A stretch of 57,354 bases of DNA from Chitinophagaceae bacterium (GTDB lineage: Bacteria > Bacteroidota > Bacteroidia > Chitinophagales > Chitinophagaceae). The position numbers and the translations under genes are program-made. Of this stretch, positions 38,261-48,679 are shown piece by piece. Within the stretch, counting starts at the first letter, position 1; the number at the start of each line of letters is the position of its first letter. The notes beneath the pieces are model-generated. The model ran no database searches. It was not told the DNA's origin and saw nothing but the letters and a program-made list of their open reading frames with translations. The stretch is taken from NCBI GenBank assembly GCA_049644925.1, contig JBARSW010000206.1, positions 1 to 57,354 on the forward strand. The letters are read 5' to 3'.

Positions 38261-38632
38261 TTATCTGATTAATTTCATACCTGCATAGGTTGCCAGTAAG
38301 CCGAATAATACACTGGTGGCAACATAGCTAAAAAATAAACCTAATTTTTGTTCCCGTATCAAACCAATTCCTTCTAAAGTAAATGCAGAAAATGTGGTAA
38401 AGCCTCCGCATAAACCAGTCATCAGAAATAACTTCCAATGCTCATTACTATCGAACGATTTAAAGGTAATACCCCATATAAGGCCTATCAGAAAGCAACC
38501 TGTTATGTTTACTGCAAATGTGCCCCAGGGAAAAGAGTGAGAGTAGGTCTCAGCAAACCAACGCTGTAACAGGTAGCGGGAAATGCTACCAAGACCACCA
38601 CCTAAGCCAACCAACAGAATATTATTTATCAT
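38261..38632 (-). CDS. crcB: Fluoride efflux channel Fluc/CrcB
   Basis: GGGLGSISRY, FPWGTFAVN..G, TGLCGGFTTFSAF. Confidence 0.96.
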   Translation of the reverse strand: MINNILLVGLGGGLGSISRYLLQRWFAETYSHSFPWGTFAVNITGCFLIGLIWGITFKSFDSNEHWKLFLMTGLCGGFTTFSAFTLEGIGLIREQKLGLFFSYVATSVLFGLLATYAGMKLIR

Positions 38633-39078
38633 TTGAGTGTGTCATTGAGGATTGGTTTTTTGATAATGGTATCTGCGTCATGCTGGTACAGGTACTTGAA
38701 ATCAACCAGCCAGTTATCATTCCTTTTCTGCACTTTTAATGTATCATGGTCATTCTTAAATGAGTTGGAATAAATTATTATGGATGTTGAATCATTAAGG
38801 GGGTCTAACAGGTGTATGTTTATGGAAGAAGCCCTGTATCCATCTTTTGTAGCCTGATCAATATTAATGTATGACCTTTCAACAAGATCCATATAATTGG
38901 TATTTACAGAATCCTGTAGCATAAAAGTTCTGGCTTCACTGAATTTTCCATCCAGTGCAGCCCTGATGAAATTCCTGGCTGCGTCAATATTACTTTCACT
39001 GGTGGTTTGCTTTTCTTTCGATTTGCAGGAAACAACCAGTATAATGAAGCAGCAGGGGAGTACAAATATTTTTCGCAT
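38629..39078 (-). CDS. Hypothetical lipoprotein (NTF2-like/DUF4878-like)
   Basis: Lipobox VVSC; AARNFIRA...W.VDF pattern; overlaps the crcB start. Confidence 0.75.
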   Translation of the reverse strand: MRKIFVLPCCFIILVVSCKSKEKQTTSESNIDAARNFIRAALDGKFSEARTFMLQDSVNTNYMDLVERSYINIDQATKDGYRASSINIHLLDPLNDSTSIIIYSNSFKNDHDTLKVQKRNDNWLVDFKYLYQHDADTIIKKPILNDTLK

Positions 39079-39132
39079 AAGTGCAAATTACAAAAAGTAA
39101 ATAGGGATATGTAACTACGAATTGGATTAAAT

Positions 39133-39161
39133 AAAAAAAACACCCCGTAAAGAGGTGTTTT
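39133..39161 (-). terminator. Intrinsic terminator
   Basis: aaaacacc/ggtgtttt stem with long A-run, downstream of the stop at 39178. Confidence 0.6.
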
Positions 39162-39177
39162 CTTATAAAACTGTTGA

Positions 39178-39795
39178 TTAGTTTTCTTTCATTTTTTCGA
39201 GATCCTTCATCATTTCTTTTGCTTTTTCAAGATCCTCAGGTTTGATTTTTTCCAGCATTTCTTTTGCTTTATCAAGTCCCTGCTGCAGCGAATCCATACT
39301 CATTATATTTTCATTCACCCCAGTTGTATCAAAACCATTATTTCCATTTTCTTGCTGATTTATTTTTCCAGCCTGGTCCATACCCATTTTCATAAGGGTT
39401 GACATACTGAAATCAACTTTCCAATCTCCACCTTCTTTTACCAGAGGAAAATCAAAAGGAGTTTCACCTTTTGCGGGATTTGTTACAGAAACAGTGGCTT
39501 TATCACCATCAATTTTAGCATCACCAAATTTCATATTTTTGAAATCTTCTGTAGGGTCTTTTTCTTTTGTGCCCATTTTTTCGCCCATGTCCATGGCTTT
39601 TTTCATCATGTCCATGGTGCCCTTACTATCTTTTGTGGCAAGCTTAGTGGCGCCTTCGATATCTTTTTTAGCCATTTTTTCAAAGAATGCTACGAGTACA
39701 GCTTTAGGGTCGTTGGTAACACTGTTTTTCCCTTTACAACCGGAAAGCAATGCAAGAGTACCAGCCAGCAAGCATAAGTTTAATATTTTTTTCAT
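39178..39795 (-). CDS. DUF4878-like lipoprotein
   Basis: Lipobox LSGC; P..V...FF, IDGDKATV, LVKEGGDWKVD. Confidence 0.8.
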   Translation of the reverse strand: MKKILNLCLLAGTLALLSGCKGKNSVTNDPKAVLVAFFEKMAKKDIEGATKLATKDSKGTMDMMKKAMDMGEKMGTKEKDPTEDFKNMKFGDAKIDGDKATVSVTNPAKGETPFDFPLVKEGGDWKVDFSMSTLMKMGMDQAGKINQQENGNNGFDTTGVNENIMSMDSLQQGLDKAKEMLEKIKPEDLEKAKEMMKDLEKMKEN

Positions 39796-39840
39796 AAATG
39801 ATTTTTTTGTGAGTACAAATGTAATATTTAGAATCTGAAT

Positions 39841-40488
39841 CTAATAGGTAAAAAATTCTTTTTTTACCAGTTTACTGTTTGGATTCAGAAATAGGTCGTC
39901 TGTTGTTACGCCAAATGGGAGTGTGTCCAGCTTCACATATCGGATAAGCGAATTACTTTTGGCCTTATTTAATGATTTAAAAACAAATTCAGCGCAATAC
40001 ATTTCTTCGTCACTCTGGAAATTAAAATACAAGTCAAACCGAAGGCCTGCTTTGTAATAAGTATTCACTGTTTCTTTTAGTAATTTGTTTTCTGTATCTG
40101 AAAGAGGATAACGGTAAATGCCAAAGGAGGTGTTTTCTTTAGGATTACAAAAACTATCTATTGGCTGGCGCATAAGGTGCTGACCGGGGTTATAAGTGCC
40201 ACCCAGGGCATGATAAACCATTACACTGTCGTTTTCAATAAAAACAAGACCACAATGAGAATAAGAAGTGTCTTTCCTATTGAAACTACGGGCAGCCTGG
40301 CTCACCTCATCGTTTCCATTCCGGAATACAAGGTCACCGGCTCTTACCTGTAATTTTATAAGATCAATCTTTTTCTGATTTTCTGCCATCTTTTGCAGGT
40401 CGTAAATAATAGCCGGTGTTTTGGATTTTTGTTTACACCCGGCAGCAAAAAAAAGCAGGAATAAAAAGATATTTACCAATCTCTTCAT
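39841..40488 (-). CDS. YiiX/YebB-like permuted papain-like (NlpC/P60) lipoprotein
   Basis: Lipobox AAGC; GDLVFR, YSHCG, YCAEFV in His-before-Cys order. Confidence 0.88.
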   Translation of the reverse strand: MKRLVNIFLFLLFFAAGCKQKSKTPAIIYDLQKMAENQKKIDLIKLQVRAGDLVFRNGNDEVSQAARSFNRKDTSYSHCGLVFIENDSVMVYHALGGTYNPGQHLMRQPIDSFCNPKENTSFGIYRYPLSDTENKLLKETVNTYYKAGLRFDLYFNFQSDEEMYCAEFVFKSLNKAKSNSLIRYVKLDTLPFGVTTDDLFLNPNSKLVKKEFFTY

Positions 40489-40516
40489 TCCTGCAAAGTA
40501 ATAAATCTTTGAAGTA

Positions 40517-41560
40517 TTATTCAGGCTTATCTTTTTTTGTTATAACGGGGGTTGTTCTGTTTGTATATTCCGGATTTTCTTTTTCTTGTTCTTTATTGTA
40601 AGCTCTGAGAATATGCTTCACCAACCTGTGCCGTACTACGTCTTCTTCATCCAGTTCAATATGGGCAATACCATCAATATTATCTAAAATTCGTACGGCA
40701 GTAGCTAATCCGCTTCGCTGATTACGGGGAAGATCCACCTGTGTCATATCTCCTGTAATAATAGCTTTTGCGCTGGCACCAATACGGGTTAAAAACATTT
40801 TTAATTGCAGGTCAGTAGAGTTTTGTGCCTCATCGAGGATGATGTACGCATTATCTAAGGTGCGGCCCCGCATATAGGCCAGTGGTGCAATTTCGATAGT
40901 TCGGGTTGTCATATAATAACCCAACTTATCAGCCGGTATCATATCATCCAGTGCATCATATAACGGACGGAGGTAAGGATCAATCTTTTCTTTCAGATCG
41001 CCGGGAAGAAAACCTAAACTTTCTCCTGCTTCTACAGCCGGTCTTGTAAGAATGATTTTTTTAACCTGCTTGTTTTTTAATGCCCTTACAGCAATAGCAA
41101 CAGCAGTATAGGTTTTTCCTGTACCGGCTGGCCCAATTGCAAATACGATATCATTCTTTTCGGATTCCTGCACCATTTTCTTTTGGTTGGCTGTTCTTGC
41201 CCGTACCGATTTTCCATTAGGGCCGAATACCAGCACTTCGTTGGGATTCTTTTCCTGGAAATGGTCAATCGTTTCGGCATCATCACCGCCAAGTACCTGT
41301 TCAAAATAATTCTGGCTCATGTGCCCATTACGTTCCAGGTAAGAAACAATGAGAGAAATTTTTTCTCTTGCATTTTCAATCTGTTCAGGAGCACCGCTCA
41401 GTTTAAGCTGGGTGCCACGGGAGAGAATTTTAAGCAGGGGGAATTTCTTTTTTAAAACGTCTAATTTTCCATTGTTAACACCAAAAAACTCAATAGGATT
41501 TACTGTTTCAAGGTTGATGATAGTGTCTGTCAATTTCATTAGTTTAATTTGTTCCTGCAA
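40517..41560 (-). CDS. phoH: PhoH family ATPase
   Basis: GPAGTGKT, RPAVEAGESLGFLPGD, YMRGRTL, LDEAQN, GD..QVDL. Confidence 0.93.
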   Translation of the reverse strand: MQEQIKLMKLTDTIINLETVNPIEFFGVNNGKLDVLKKKFPLLKILSRGTQLKLSGAPEQIENAREKISLIVSYLERNGHMSQNYFEQVLGGDDAETIDHFQEKNPNEVLVFGPNGKSVRARTANQKKMVQESEKNDIVFAIGPAGTGKTYTAVAIAVRALKNKQVKKIILTRPAVEAGESLGFLPGDLKEKIDPYLRPLYDALDDMIPADKLGYYMTTRTIEIAPLAYMRGRTLDNAYIILDEAQNSTDLQLKMFLTRIGASAKAIITGDMTQVDLPRNQRSGLATAVRILDNIDGIAHIELDEEDVVRHRLVKHILRAYNKEQEKENPEYTNRTTPVITKKDKPE

Positions 41561-41849
41561 CTTTTATTTAACAAGAACTATGTTTCAATATGCCGGCGAA
41601 AGGTGGTACCGGATTATTATTGTCTTCTGACCATTTTCAGAAGCTTGCCCGCCTGTGGCAGGCTCACCCTTCAATATCAATATTACTTATCAATATTCTT
41701 TTTGCCTAAACTTACTTATTCACAGGTTGTTAATAGTGAGTGTTGTTTTTAAAATTTTTATCAAAGATTTTTTTGTCATTATAATGAAATCATTAATTTC
41801 TGTTGGATTTATTAATTGAATCATGGAAAGAGTTTTTTAACTTTAAAGT

Positions 41850-42332
41850 ATGAAACAAGAATCAAATCCTATAAAGAGGAGCAATCAGCTTGCCCCTTTA
41901 AGCAGGGAGCATCACGATGGTTTATTGTTTGTCTGGAAGATTAAACAAGGACTAGAGAATAATGCATCTGCTGAAATAATGCGAGAATATACATTGTGGT
42001 ACTGGAAGCATCATATAAAACCACATTTTTACCAGGAAGAAAAAATATTGATGCCTTTTATGCCTGCAGGTCATCCTATGGGAGTCCGGTTAAAGGATGA
42101 GCATAGTCATATCAGGGAGTTAATAATTGAATTAGATACGGAAGCAGATAAAAGACATTTGCAATTATTATGCGATCTACTTACACATCATATTCGTTTT
42201 GAAGAAAGGGAACTGTTTGGTTACTTAGAAGAATTACTGACTCCGGAACAATTAGATAGAGTTTTTCAGGAACTGGAAGAACATCCTTTAATTAAGGAAG
42301 AATGGACAAAAGAATTTTGGGTTAAAAAATAA
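41850..42332 (+). CDS. Hemerythrin-like domain protein
   Basis: LSREHH, HFYQEE, EHSHI, HIRFEER His/Glu motifs. Confidence 0.85.
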   Translation: MKQESNPIKRSNQLAPLSREHHDGLLFVWKIKQGLENNASAEIMREYTLWYWKHHIKPHFYQEEKILMPFMPAGHPMGVRLKDEHSHIRELIIELDTEADKRHLQLLCDLLTHHIRFEERELFGYLEELLTPEQLDRVFQELEEHPLIKEEWTKEFWVKK

Positions 42333-44852
42333 TTACCATCTTGCTACAATCTTGAAATTAACCAATCGCGGTGTTAACCGGTTGGGCATCAGGTAAACAG
42401 TGTTGGAGAAATCTTTTATAAATAAATAAGAGATCGTATTGGCTCGGTCAATGATATTAAAGACTTCAAGACTGGCCCAGATATTATCGAAGTTCCGGAA
42501 AGGAGAGTGACTGCGCCGCTTGCTTCTGTCATCATCCATCAGTAAAGCGCTGAAGCCAATATCGCAACGGATATAAGGCTCTATCACTGCTGCATTTCGA
42601 TATTTTACTGCCCCGGGAATATTATATGGCAGATTGCTTCCATAAAGTAAGTTCAGAAATACTTTAAAGTTTTTATTAGTAGAAAGATAGTCCTGGAAGA
42701 ACATTCCAAATGTAATGCGTTTGTCTGTAGGGCGACGTAACCAACCAACATCAAACTTTGTACTGTCTGCTATAAACTGGTCGGCACTTTGTGCAGTTAT
42801 AAATTCACCAGATGCATTTTTATAACGGTAGTAATGGTCGCCATCCAGGTCTTCAGCAGTTTTCATAATGCCAAGGCTGATCCAGCTTTCTGCATCTGAA
42901 ACAAGTTCACCATGCAATCTCATTTCTATTCCTGCGGCATAAGCTTTGGCATTGTTTTCACCAAAATAACGGACACGGACATTGTCAATATCATAAGGAA
43001 CTACATCAGTCATGTTTTTGTAATAGGCTTCGGTGGTCCATCGCATGGCCCGGCCACCAATGCCTTTAAAGTTATAATCAAACCCAAGTACACCCTGCCA
43101 GCTTTTTTGTGATTTGAGAGTAGTGTTAACAGTTCCATTATATCTTCTTAATTCCCTGTAAAATGGCGGTTGATGATAAGCACCTGCAGCAGCACGAAAA
43201 ATTATATCCTTATTGATTTTTGGTTTCCAACTAAATCCAATCCGGGGGGCAATCAGCATTTCTTTGTTGAGTGAATTATAATTGAAACGGATGCCGGCTG
43301 TTAATGTCGCAGCATGAGTGGAGTCTCCCAGTAAAATATTATCCTGCAGGTAGCCGGAGAATTTATTAATGTCTAAATTGGCATTTGATTTTATTACTTT
43401 ACTTAACTGCAGCAAATTGGGCTGATAGGGCAGTGCATAGCCTGCAGAATCCTGGAACTCCCATTCATTCAATTTGTCAGCAATCTTTGTTTTATCATAG
43501 CCCAATCCCCATTGAAGTGAATGATTATTCTGGTCATAGTTTCCTTTGTGAGAAATGTTGATATTTTCAATATTCAATTCGTTTCTTGCCCAGTTTTGAT
43601 AAACACCGGCACCAAGCGGATTTACAATCAATCCAAAAGTGGCATTTCTTTTATCAAAATCCCTGTCGCCAAATAAATAAGCGCCGGTTATATCAATATT
43701 TTCAGATTCGTCATTTTGAAACCGGGATGCCATCCATTTTAATTTCAGTTTTTTATTGGCCTGGTTGATGACAGATATCCCCAGCATATTAGTAAGGTAT
43801 TGGTCTTTTTCACGGCCTTCAAAAAAAATATCCACACCAATAGTAGCTGAGTAAAGAGGCGAGAAGACTGAAGTAGTTAACTGGCTGAATTGTGGAATAA
43901 GTGTAAACTTTGTTTTAGAAATATTACTTAATAACTCTGCCTGCCATTTTGAATTGAACTGATAACTTAAGAATGCCTGGAAATCTGCGGAAGAGGGAAC
44001 ATAATTTCCTTTAGTATCCTGGCGGCTTAATAAATTCTTGTTACTTCGGTTACGTATGCCTAACAGGTAACTGAATTTTGATTTTTTATCAGTTCCTTCC
44101 ACTTGTAAACCCTGTTCCAGAATGCCAACATAAGCGGAGCCGCCGAATTGCCTGGGTTTTTTATATTGAATATCCAGAACACTGCTCATTTTATCTCCGT
44201 ATTTGGCCTGGAAACCTCCATTGTAAAAACTGATATTTCGTACCATTTCAGGATTGATAAAACTCAAGCCTTCCTGTTGTCCGCTTCTTACCAGGTAAGG
44301 ACGGAAGACTTCAAAATCGTTTACGTAAATTAAGTTCTCGTCATAACTGCCTCCCCGAACGGAGTATTGCGAAGTGAGTTCATTATTAGATCCAACAAAT
44401 ATTTTTATCAGGCTTTCAACACCTGTTACGGCGGAAGGAAGATTGATAATTGTTTTAGGATTGGGTCGTATCAGGCCTGTTTCTCTTCTGTCACGGTTGT
44501 CTGCCACAATAACTTCCTGTAGGGTATTCTCGCTTTTCTCCATTCGTAATGTTACCGTTTCTTCTTCGTTTTCATTAAGTAGAAAATTTTTCTGTTCGGC
44601 TTTACGGCCTGTATATGTAAACACCAGTGCAAAAGCTTTTTCTGCCGTTACTTTTATCCGGAAATAACCTGAATCATTGGTGATTATGCCTTTTGATTGT
44701 CCAAGTATTATTATGGAAACTTTTGCTAATGCATTTTCATTCTCATCTACAACTTTGCCGGAAACCCAGGCAGATTTTTTTTGGGAAAAGGACAATAGGC
44801 AAAGCATTATGCTTATGGCAGTCAGTACTATTTGGCGAAAAATTATTTTCAT
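42333..44852 (-). CDS. TonB-dependent receptor
   Basis: Signal peptide; YSVRGGSYDENL.YVN and GGF.AKYGDKMSSVLDI plug; C-terminal Trp. Confidence 0.93.
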   Translation of the reverse strand: MKIIFRQIVLTAISIMLCLLSFSQKKSAWVSGKVVDENENALAKVSIIILGQSKGIITNDSGYFRIKVTAEKAFALVFTYTGRKAEQKNFLLNENEEETVTLRMEKSENTLQEVIVADNRDRRETGLIRPNPKTIINLPSAVTGVESLIKIFVGSNNELTSQYSVRGGSYDENLIYVNDFEVFRPYLVRSGQQEGLSFINPEMVRNISFYNGGFQAKYGDKMSSVLDIQYKKPRQFGGSAYVGILEQGLQVEGTDKKSKFSYLLGIRNRSNKNLLSRQDTKGNYVPSSADFQAFLSYQFNSKWQAELLSNISKTKFTLIPQFSQLTTSVFSPLYSATIGVDIFFEGREKDQYLTNMLGISVINQANKKLKLKWMASRFQNDESENIDITGAYLFGDRDFDKRNATFGLIVNPLGAGVYQNWARNELNIENINISHKGNYDQNNHSLQWGLGYDKTKIADKLNEWEFQDSAGYALPYQPNLLQLSKVIKSNANLDINKFSGYLQDNILLGDSTHAATLTAGIRFNYNSLNKEMLIAPRIGFSWKPKINKDIIFRAAAGAYHQPPFYRELRRYNGTVNTTLKSQKSWQGVLGFDYNFKGIGGRAMRWTTEAYYKNMTDVVPYDIDNVRVRYFGENNAKAYAAGIEMRLHGELVSDAESWISLGIMKTAEDLDGDHYYRYKNASGEFITAQSADQFIADSTKFDVGWLRRPTDKRITFGMFFQDYLSTNKNFKVFLNLLYGSNLPYNIPGAVKYRNAAVIEPYIRCDIGFSALLMDDDRSKRRSHSPFRNFDNIWASLEVFNIIDRANTISYLFIKDFSNTVYLMPNRLTPRLVNFKIVARW

Positions 44853-44990
44853 AAGAGAATAAGGAACAAGATACGAATTGTTTGTTCAAAAAATTGCAGT
44901 GGTAATATTCTTGAAACAGCAAACAGAAAGGTTGATTAATATTTTGATATGTTGGCATTCATTAAACTCGTTAATGAGGAAGATTAGTAA

Positions 44991-45080
44991 AGCCTGAAAG
45001 GCTTAAATCTGAATAGCCCCGCCTGAAAAGCGGGGAAGTGAATAGTGAGTATTATTTCTTTTAACCCTGAAGGGGTTAAA
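44991..45080 (+). repeat. REP-like triple-hairpin block, left
   Basis: agcctgaaaggct, ccccgc-ctgaaaa-gcgggg and ttaaccctgaaggggttaa hairpins. Confidence 0.85.
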
Positions 45081-45083
45081 CAA

Positions 45084-45530
45084 TTACAATAAATATTTTT
45101 CGTCAAAATTAATATCATGCTCAGTCAATAATCTTTTATATTCATCAAAAAATGTTTCTATTTTATGGTGCTCCTTTTGATTTTTGATGTAATCAATTAT
45201 CACATTTTTTTCCCTTGAAGAATAAGTAAAAGCCCCATAACCATCCTGCCAGCCATAAAAATTCGGAAACATGCCATGGCTTTTCATCCAAATACTACTG
45301 GCAACTTTAATATCCTTAATATAATCACTCAAACAGATTGTTGGATGTAAATCGGAGAAAATATGGATATGTTCCTCCATTCCATTTATCCGGTACAGTT
45401 TACATTTATGTTTTTCAATTACACCCCAGATATATTTATACAATTCTGCTTCTGAAGTTAAAGGAATGCCCGGATGCCTGTCTTTTGTACTGAATACAAT
45501 TTGATAAAATATTTGTTTAAACGTACTCAT
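45084..45530 (-). CDS. tnpA: IS200/IS605-family Y1 (HUH) transposase
   Basis: IVFSTK.R, EHIHIF (HUH), WQDGYGAF, YIKNQKEHH with catalytic Tyr. Confidence 0.93.
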   Translation of the reverse strand: MSTFKQIFYQIVFSTKDRHPGIPLTSEAELYKYIWGVIEKHKCKLYRINGMEEHIHIFSDLHPTICLSDYIKDIKVASSIWMKSHGMFPNFYGWQDGYGAFTYSSREKNVIIDYIKNQKEHHKIETFFDEYKRLLTEHDINFDEKYLL

Positions 45531-45562
45531 GATATTTTCAAATTAAATAGGTTTAAAAGAAA

Positions 45563-45650
45563 TTCAACCCCTTTGGGGTTGTTAAACTTCGGGTCTTTCA
45601 TTTTACCCCCGATTTTCTCGGGGGCTATTCAAATTTAAGCCCTTCGGGCT
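45563..45650 (-). repeat. REP-like triple-hairpin block, right (inverted copy of left)
   Basis: Reverse complement reads agcccgaagggct-taaatttgaatagc-ccccgagaaaatcggggg...aaccccaaaggggttgaa, collinear with the left block. Confidence 0.85.
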
Positions 45651-45754
45651 ATGCCAGCACATCAAAAATTAAATATCAAATAAAACCGGTATCAGCAATA
45701 TAAAATAATTACAGTTTGCCTTAACCAGTTTTTGATTAATTATTTTCTGAGTTT

Positions 45755-48637
45755 CTATATATTGATTAAATAATTAAAAAGGTTTACTTCGGAATTGATT
45801 CTCAGTTTTTTTCTTAACCGGTATCGGCCTATTTCAACACCACGAACGGAAATGTTCAGTAACTGGGCAATTTCTTTTGTAGATAAATTCATTCTCAGGT
45901 AAGCACATAATTTCAATTCATTTGCCGAAATGGAATGATGTTTTTCTTTTACCCGTACTAAAAAATCACTATGAACTTTATCAAAGTGCTTGGAAAAATT
46001 TTCCCATTCCTTATCTATGTTTTCATCTTCCGTTAAGGTTTTTATCACTTTTTTCATTTCATTAATAGCTTTCTCGTTATCCAGACCTCTGATAACATGT
46101 GAAAGTTCACCTTTGATCTTAGTAAGTAATTCACCTTTTTTTACCAGGTGCATGGCTGACGACGCCATTTCAGAATTTTTAAAACTGATTTCTGCTTCCA
46201 GGTTTTCATTTTTCAATGCTACCATTTCACTTTCACTTTTACTTCTTTCCAGTTCATGGATATATAGTAGTTTTTGCTGCTCTTCTTCATACTTTTTCTT
46301 TTGCATCAGAAATTTCTTGTGTTGCCACCTGTACAGGCTATACATGACTGCTATTAATAAAAGAAGGTAAATTAAATAGGCCAGTTTAGTTTGAAACCAG
46401 GGGGGGAGTACTTTAAATGAATATGTGGAAACGGCAGATTCATTTCCTAAATTATTCCGCACTTTAACTTCGAATGAGTAACTGCCAGCTGGTAAATTGG
46501 TATATTCTTTTTCCGTTCGTTTAGTCCATTCTGACCAGTTGGCATCAAATCCTTTTAACCGGAAACTGTACTCAAGATTTGATTGAAAGCCAAAAAGAGA
46601 GGATGAGAATTCAAAATGTATCGTTTTCCAGGCATAGGATAATTGAGGAATTTCATTTTCATCCTGTACTTGTGTATCATTCACCTTGTTGAAATAACCA
46701 CCGAAAAGAAGGCTATCTGTTTTTCCGGTGATTTTTACTGACCTTACCTGAACATTTAATTCAGGTACATTTTTTTTATATTTATCATAATTGATATGGT
46801 AAAATCCTTTTTCACCACCCAGGAAAACATTTTTCCCGTCAACTGAATAAATAAACTCAAAGCCACTTAATAGCTTATTATTTAATTCCGGTAAATAGAT
46901 AACTGCCGGTTTATCTTCCGATAAATCAATAACACCGAGCATTTTTTCATGTATAAACCAGATATTTCCGGAACGGTCTTCTTTCAGGTACCGGATACTG
47001 AGGTTGTCCAAAATATTTTTGTAAAATGGGGAAGGTTCAAAGGTATCATTGGCCTGGTTATAAATATATACTCCTCTCTCAGTTGCAATTACAACTTCAT
47101 TTTTTATTTTAAAAACATGATTATTTAAAGAAGAAGGCAACCCTTGCTTATCTGTGTAGATACTGATAATAAAGTTTGCGGTTTTTGTTTTAGTGATCTT
47201 ATAAACACCGTGATACGGATGTGAGACCCATATATTATCTGATTGGTCAGTTACAACAAATCTTGATGACTCCTCAAAATCGGGTATAATTCCTGCCGGT
47301 AAAAATTGTTGGTTCTTAAAATCAAAATACATCAGACCCTTATAGTTCCCGGCAATCAGTTGTGGTGTCGGGAAAGTGGAAGTAGAAGGAATAAAATTCC
47401 AAAAACCCGGTTGGGCGGATACTAATAATGCTTTGTTGTCCTTAATAAGGAATGCCCCTTCATGATGCCCGAGTAGTAATTGGTTATTAACTTCGGAAAG
47501 GTTCCAGACCTGGCTTTTTGTATTGGCTACCGGCGTAAAATTTCCTTTACTGAAACTAAGATCTTCCACGGGTTGTAGTGGTACACTGAATAATCCATTG
47601 GAGGTGCCGGCATAGAGACGGTTATCATGAATGATAGCAGCATAACCTGATTCGTCCAACGATAAAGGGGAGATTTGTTTTATCGCACTGTTATAAGCTA
47701 TAAAATCAATCCCGTTATCCAGGCCCAGCCATAAATTCTGATGTGAATCGAAAAATAAGCTGAGCACATTATTATTCTGTAGCTGTTCTTCTTTTGAGAA
47801 CCGTTGTATGATATTTCCTTTCAGGTCTATAATATAAATACCATTATTTGTAGTGGCTAATGCCAGCAACCCGTTATTGGTTGCCGTAGCAGTATAAATT
47901 CTGTCATTTTCAAATATGCCTGAATTAGCAGACTGGATCTTTGTAATTTTTTTATTGGAGAGAATGTAAAGACCTTTCTTAAGTGTAGTAATTACAGCAC
48001 TGTCGTTTGGTAAACCAATTATTGAAGTAATGGGTATTCTGTTTTGTTCATCCTCCAAAAGCTGAAGCGGCACCCAGGTATTATTTTCAAACTGCATCAA
48101 CCCGGTCTTAAAATCATGAGCATACAACTGTCCATTACAGGAACCTAAAAATGACCACTCAAGTGGAGCTTTAAAAAAAGTCATTTTTGCATTCGAATAT
48201 TGAAATATTCTGTAGGTGGATCGGAAGAAAATATCTTTTCTAAAGGAAACAATATCCCAAACATCACCAAATGACTTCTCATTTTCGGGTATTAATCCGG
48301 TTAAAGAGTGGTATTCCAACTGTCCGTTTTTGGCCGGAATAAAGTACCCTAGTTCATCTTGCCCTCCCACATAAATTCTATTATCTGCACCCACTTCAAC
48401 TGACCTTACAATTGTTTTATTGGGTAAAGGATGCAGGTTCCAATAGGTGCCGTCAAAACTGAGGAGACCTTCATTATTCGCTACATAAATAATTCCGTTT
48501 TTATCTTGTTTGATATCCCAGCTTTGCAAGCCTCCTTTGTATATGTGCTTCGAATAATTGATAACATCGGGTATTCCAATTGTGTTTTGAGAGAAAACAG
48601 AAAGGGGAAGAAAGATTAATAAAAGGTATTTTTTCAT
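45755..48637 (-). CDS. Membrane-spanning PUL regulator: beta-propeller + Y_Y_Y + TM + LuxR-type HTH (no kinase domain)
   Basis: KEYTNLPAGSYSFEVK, PPWFQT-TM, coiled coil, LCAYLRMNLSTKEIA.LLNISVRGVEIGRYRLRKKL; start probably 48637. Confidence 0.9.
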   Translation of the reverse strand: MKKYLLLIFLPLSVFSQNTIGIPDVINYSKHIYKGGLQSWDIKQDKNGIIYVANNEGLLSFDGTYWNLHPLPNKTIVRSVEVGADNRIYVGGQDELGYFIPAKNGQLEYHSLTGLIPENEKSFGDVWDIVSFRKDIFFRSTYRIFQYSNAKMTFFKAPLEWSFLGSCNGQLYAHDFKTGLMQFENNTWVPLQLLEDEQNRIPITSIIGLPNDSAVITTLKKGLYILSNKKITKIQSANSGIFENDRIYTATATNNGLLALATTNNGIYIIDLKGNIIQRFSKEEQLQNNNVLSLFFDSHQNLWLGLDNGIDFIAYNSAIKQISPLSLDESGYAAIIHDNRLYAGTSNGLFSVPLQPVEDLSFSKGNFTPVANTKSQVWNLSEVNNQLLLGHHEGAFLIKDNKALLVSAQPGFWNFIPSTSTFPTPQLIAGNYKGLMYFDFKNQQFLPAGIIPDFEESSRFVVTDQSDNIWVSHPYHGVYKITKTKTANFIISIYTDKQGLPSSLNNHVFKIKNEVVIATERGVYIYNQANDTFEPSPFYKNILDNLSIRYLKEDRSGNIWFIHEKMLGVIDLSEDKPAVIYLPELNNKLLSGFEFIYSVDGKNVFLGGEKGFYHINYDKYKKNVPELNVQVRSVKITGKTDSLLFGGYFNKVNDTQVQDENEIPQLSYAWKTIHFEFSSSLFGFQSNLEYSFRLKGFDANWSEWTKRTEKEYTNLPAGSYSFEVKVRNNLGNESAVSTYSFKVLPPWFQTKLAYLIYLLLLIAVMYSLYRWQHKKFLMQKKKYEEEQQKLLYIHELERSKSESEMVALKNENLEAEISFKNSEMASSAMHLVKKGELLTKIKGELSHVIRGLDNEKAINEMKKVIKTLTEDENIDKEWENFSKHFDKVHSDFLVRVKEKHHSISANELKLCAYLRMNLSTKEIAQLLNISVRGVEIGRYRLRKKLRINSEVNLFNYLINI

Positions 48638-48679
48638 ATGGCGATGCCTTTTCAATTAGTGAAAGTATAAAATAAATAT

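Larger units (their letters stand above)
44991..45650 (-). mobile_element. IS200/RAYT-like element: tnpA flanked by inverted ~90-bp triple-hairpin repeats
   Basis: HUH transposase between mutually inverted palindromic blocks at 44991-45080 and 45563-45650. Confidence 0.8.

Noticed and set aside
39079..39177. Fluoride riboswitch upstream of the crcB operon
   Set aside because: No GGCGATGG...TGA..CC pattern visible; only a terminator hairpin and AT-rich promoter sequence.
41644..41666. GC-rich imperfect palindrome (gcccgcctgtggcaggc) as a REP element
   Set aside because: Single short imperfect copy in the window; cannot be supported without the rest of the genome.
44991..45650. TnpB/IscB or CRISPR-like system around tnpA
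   Set aside because: No nuclease ORF or room for one; the repeats are two inverted blocks, not a repeat-spacer array.
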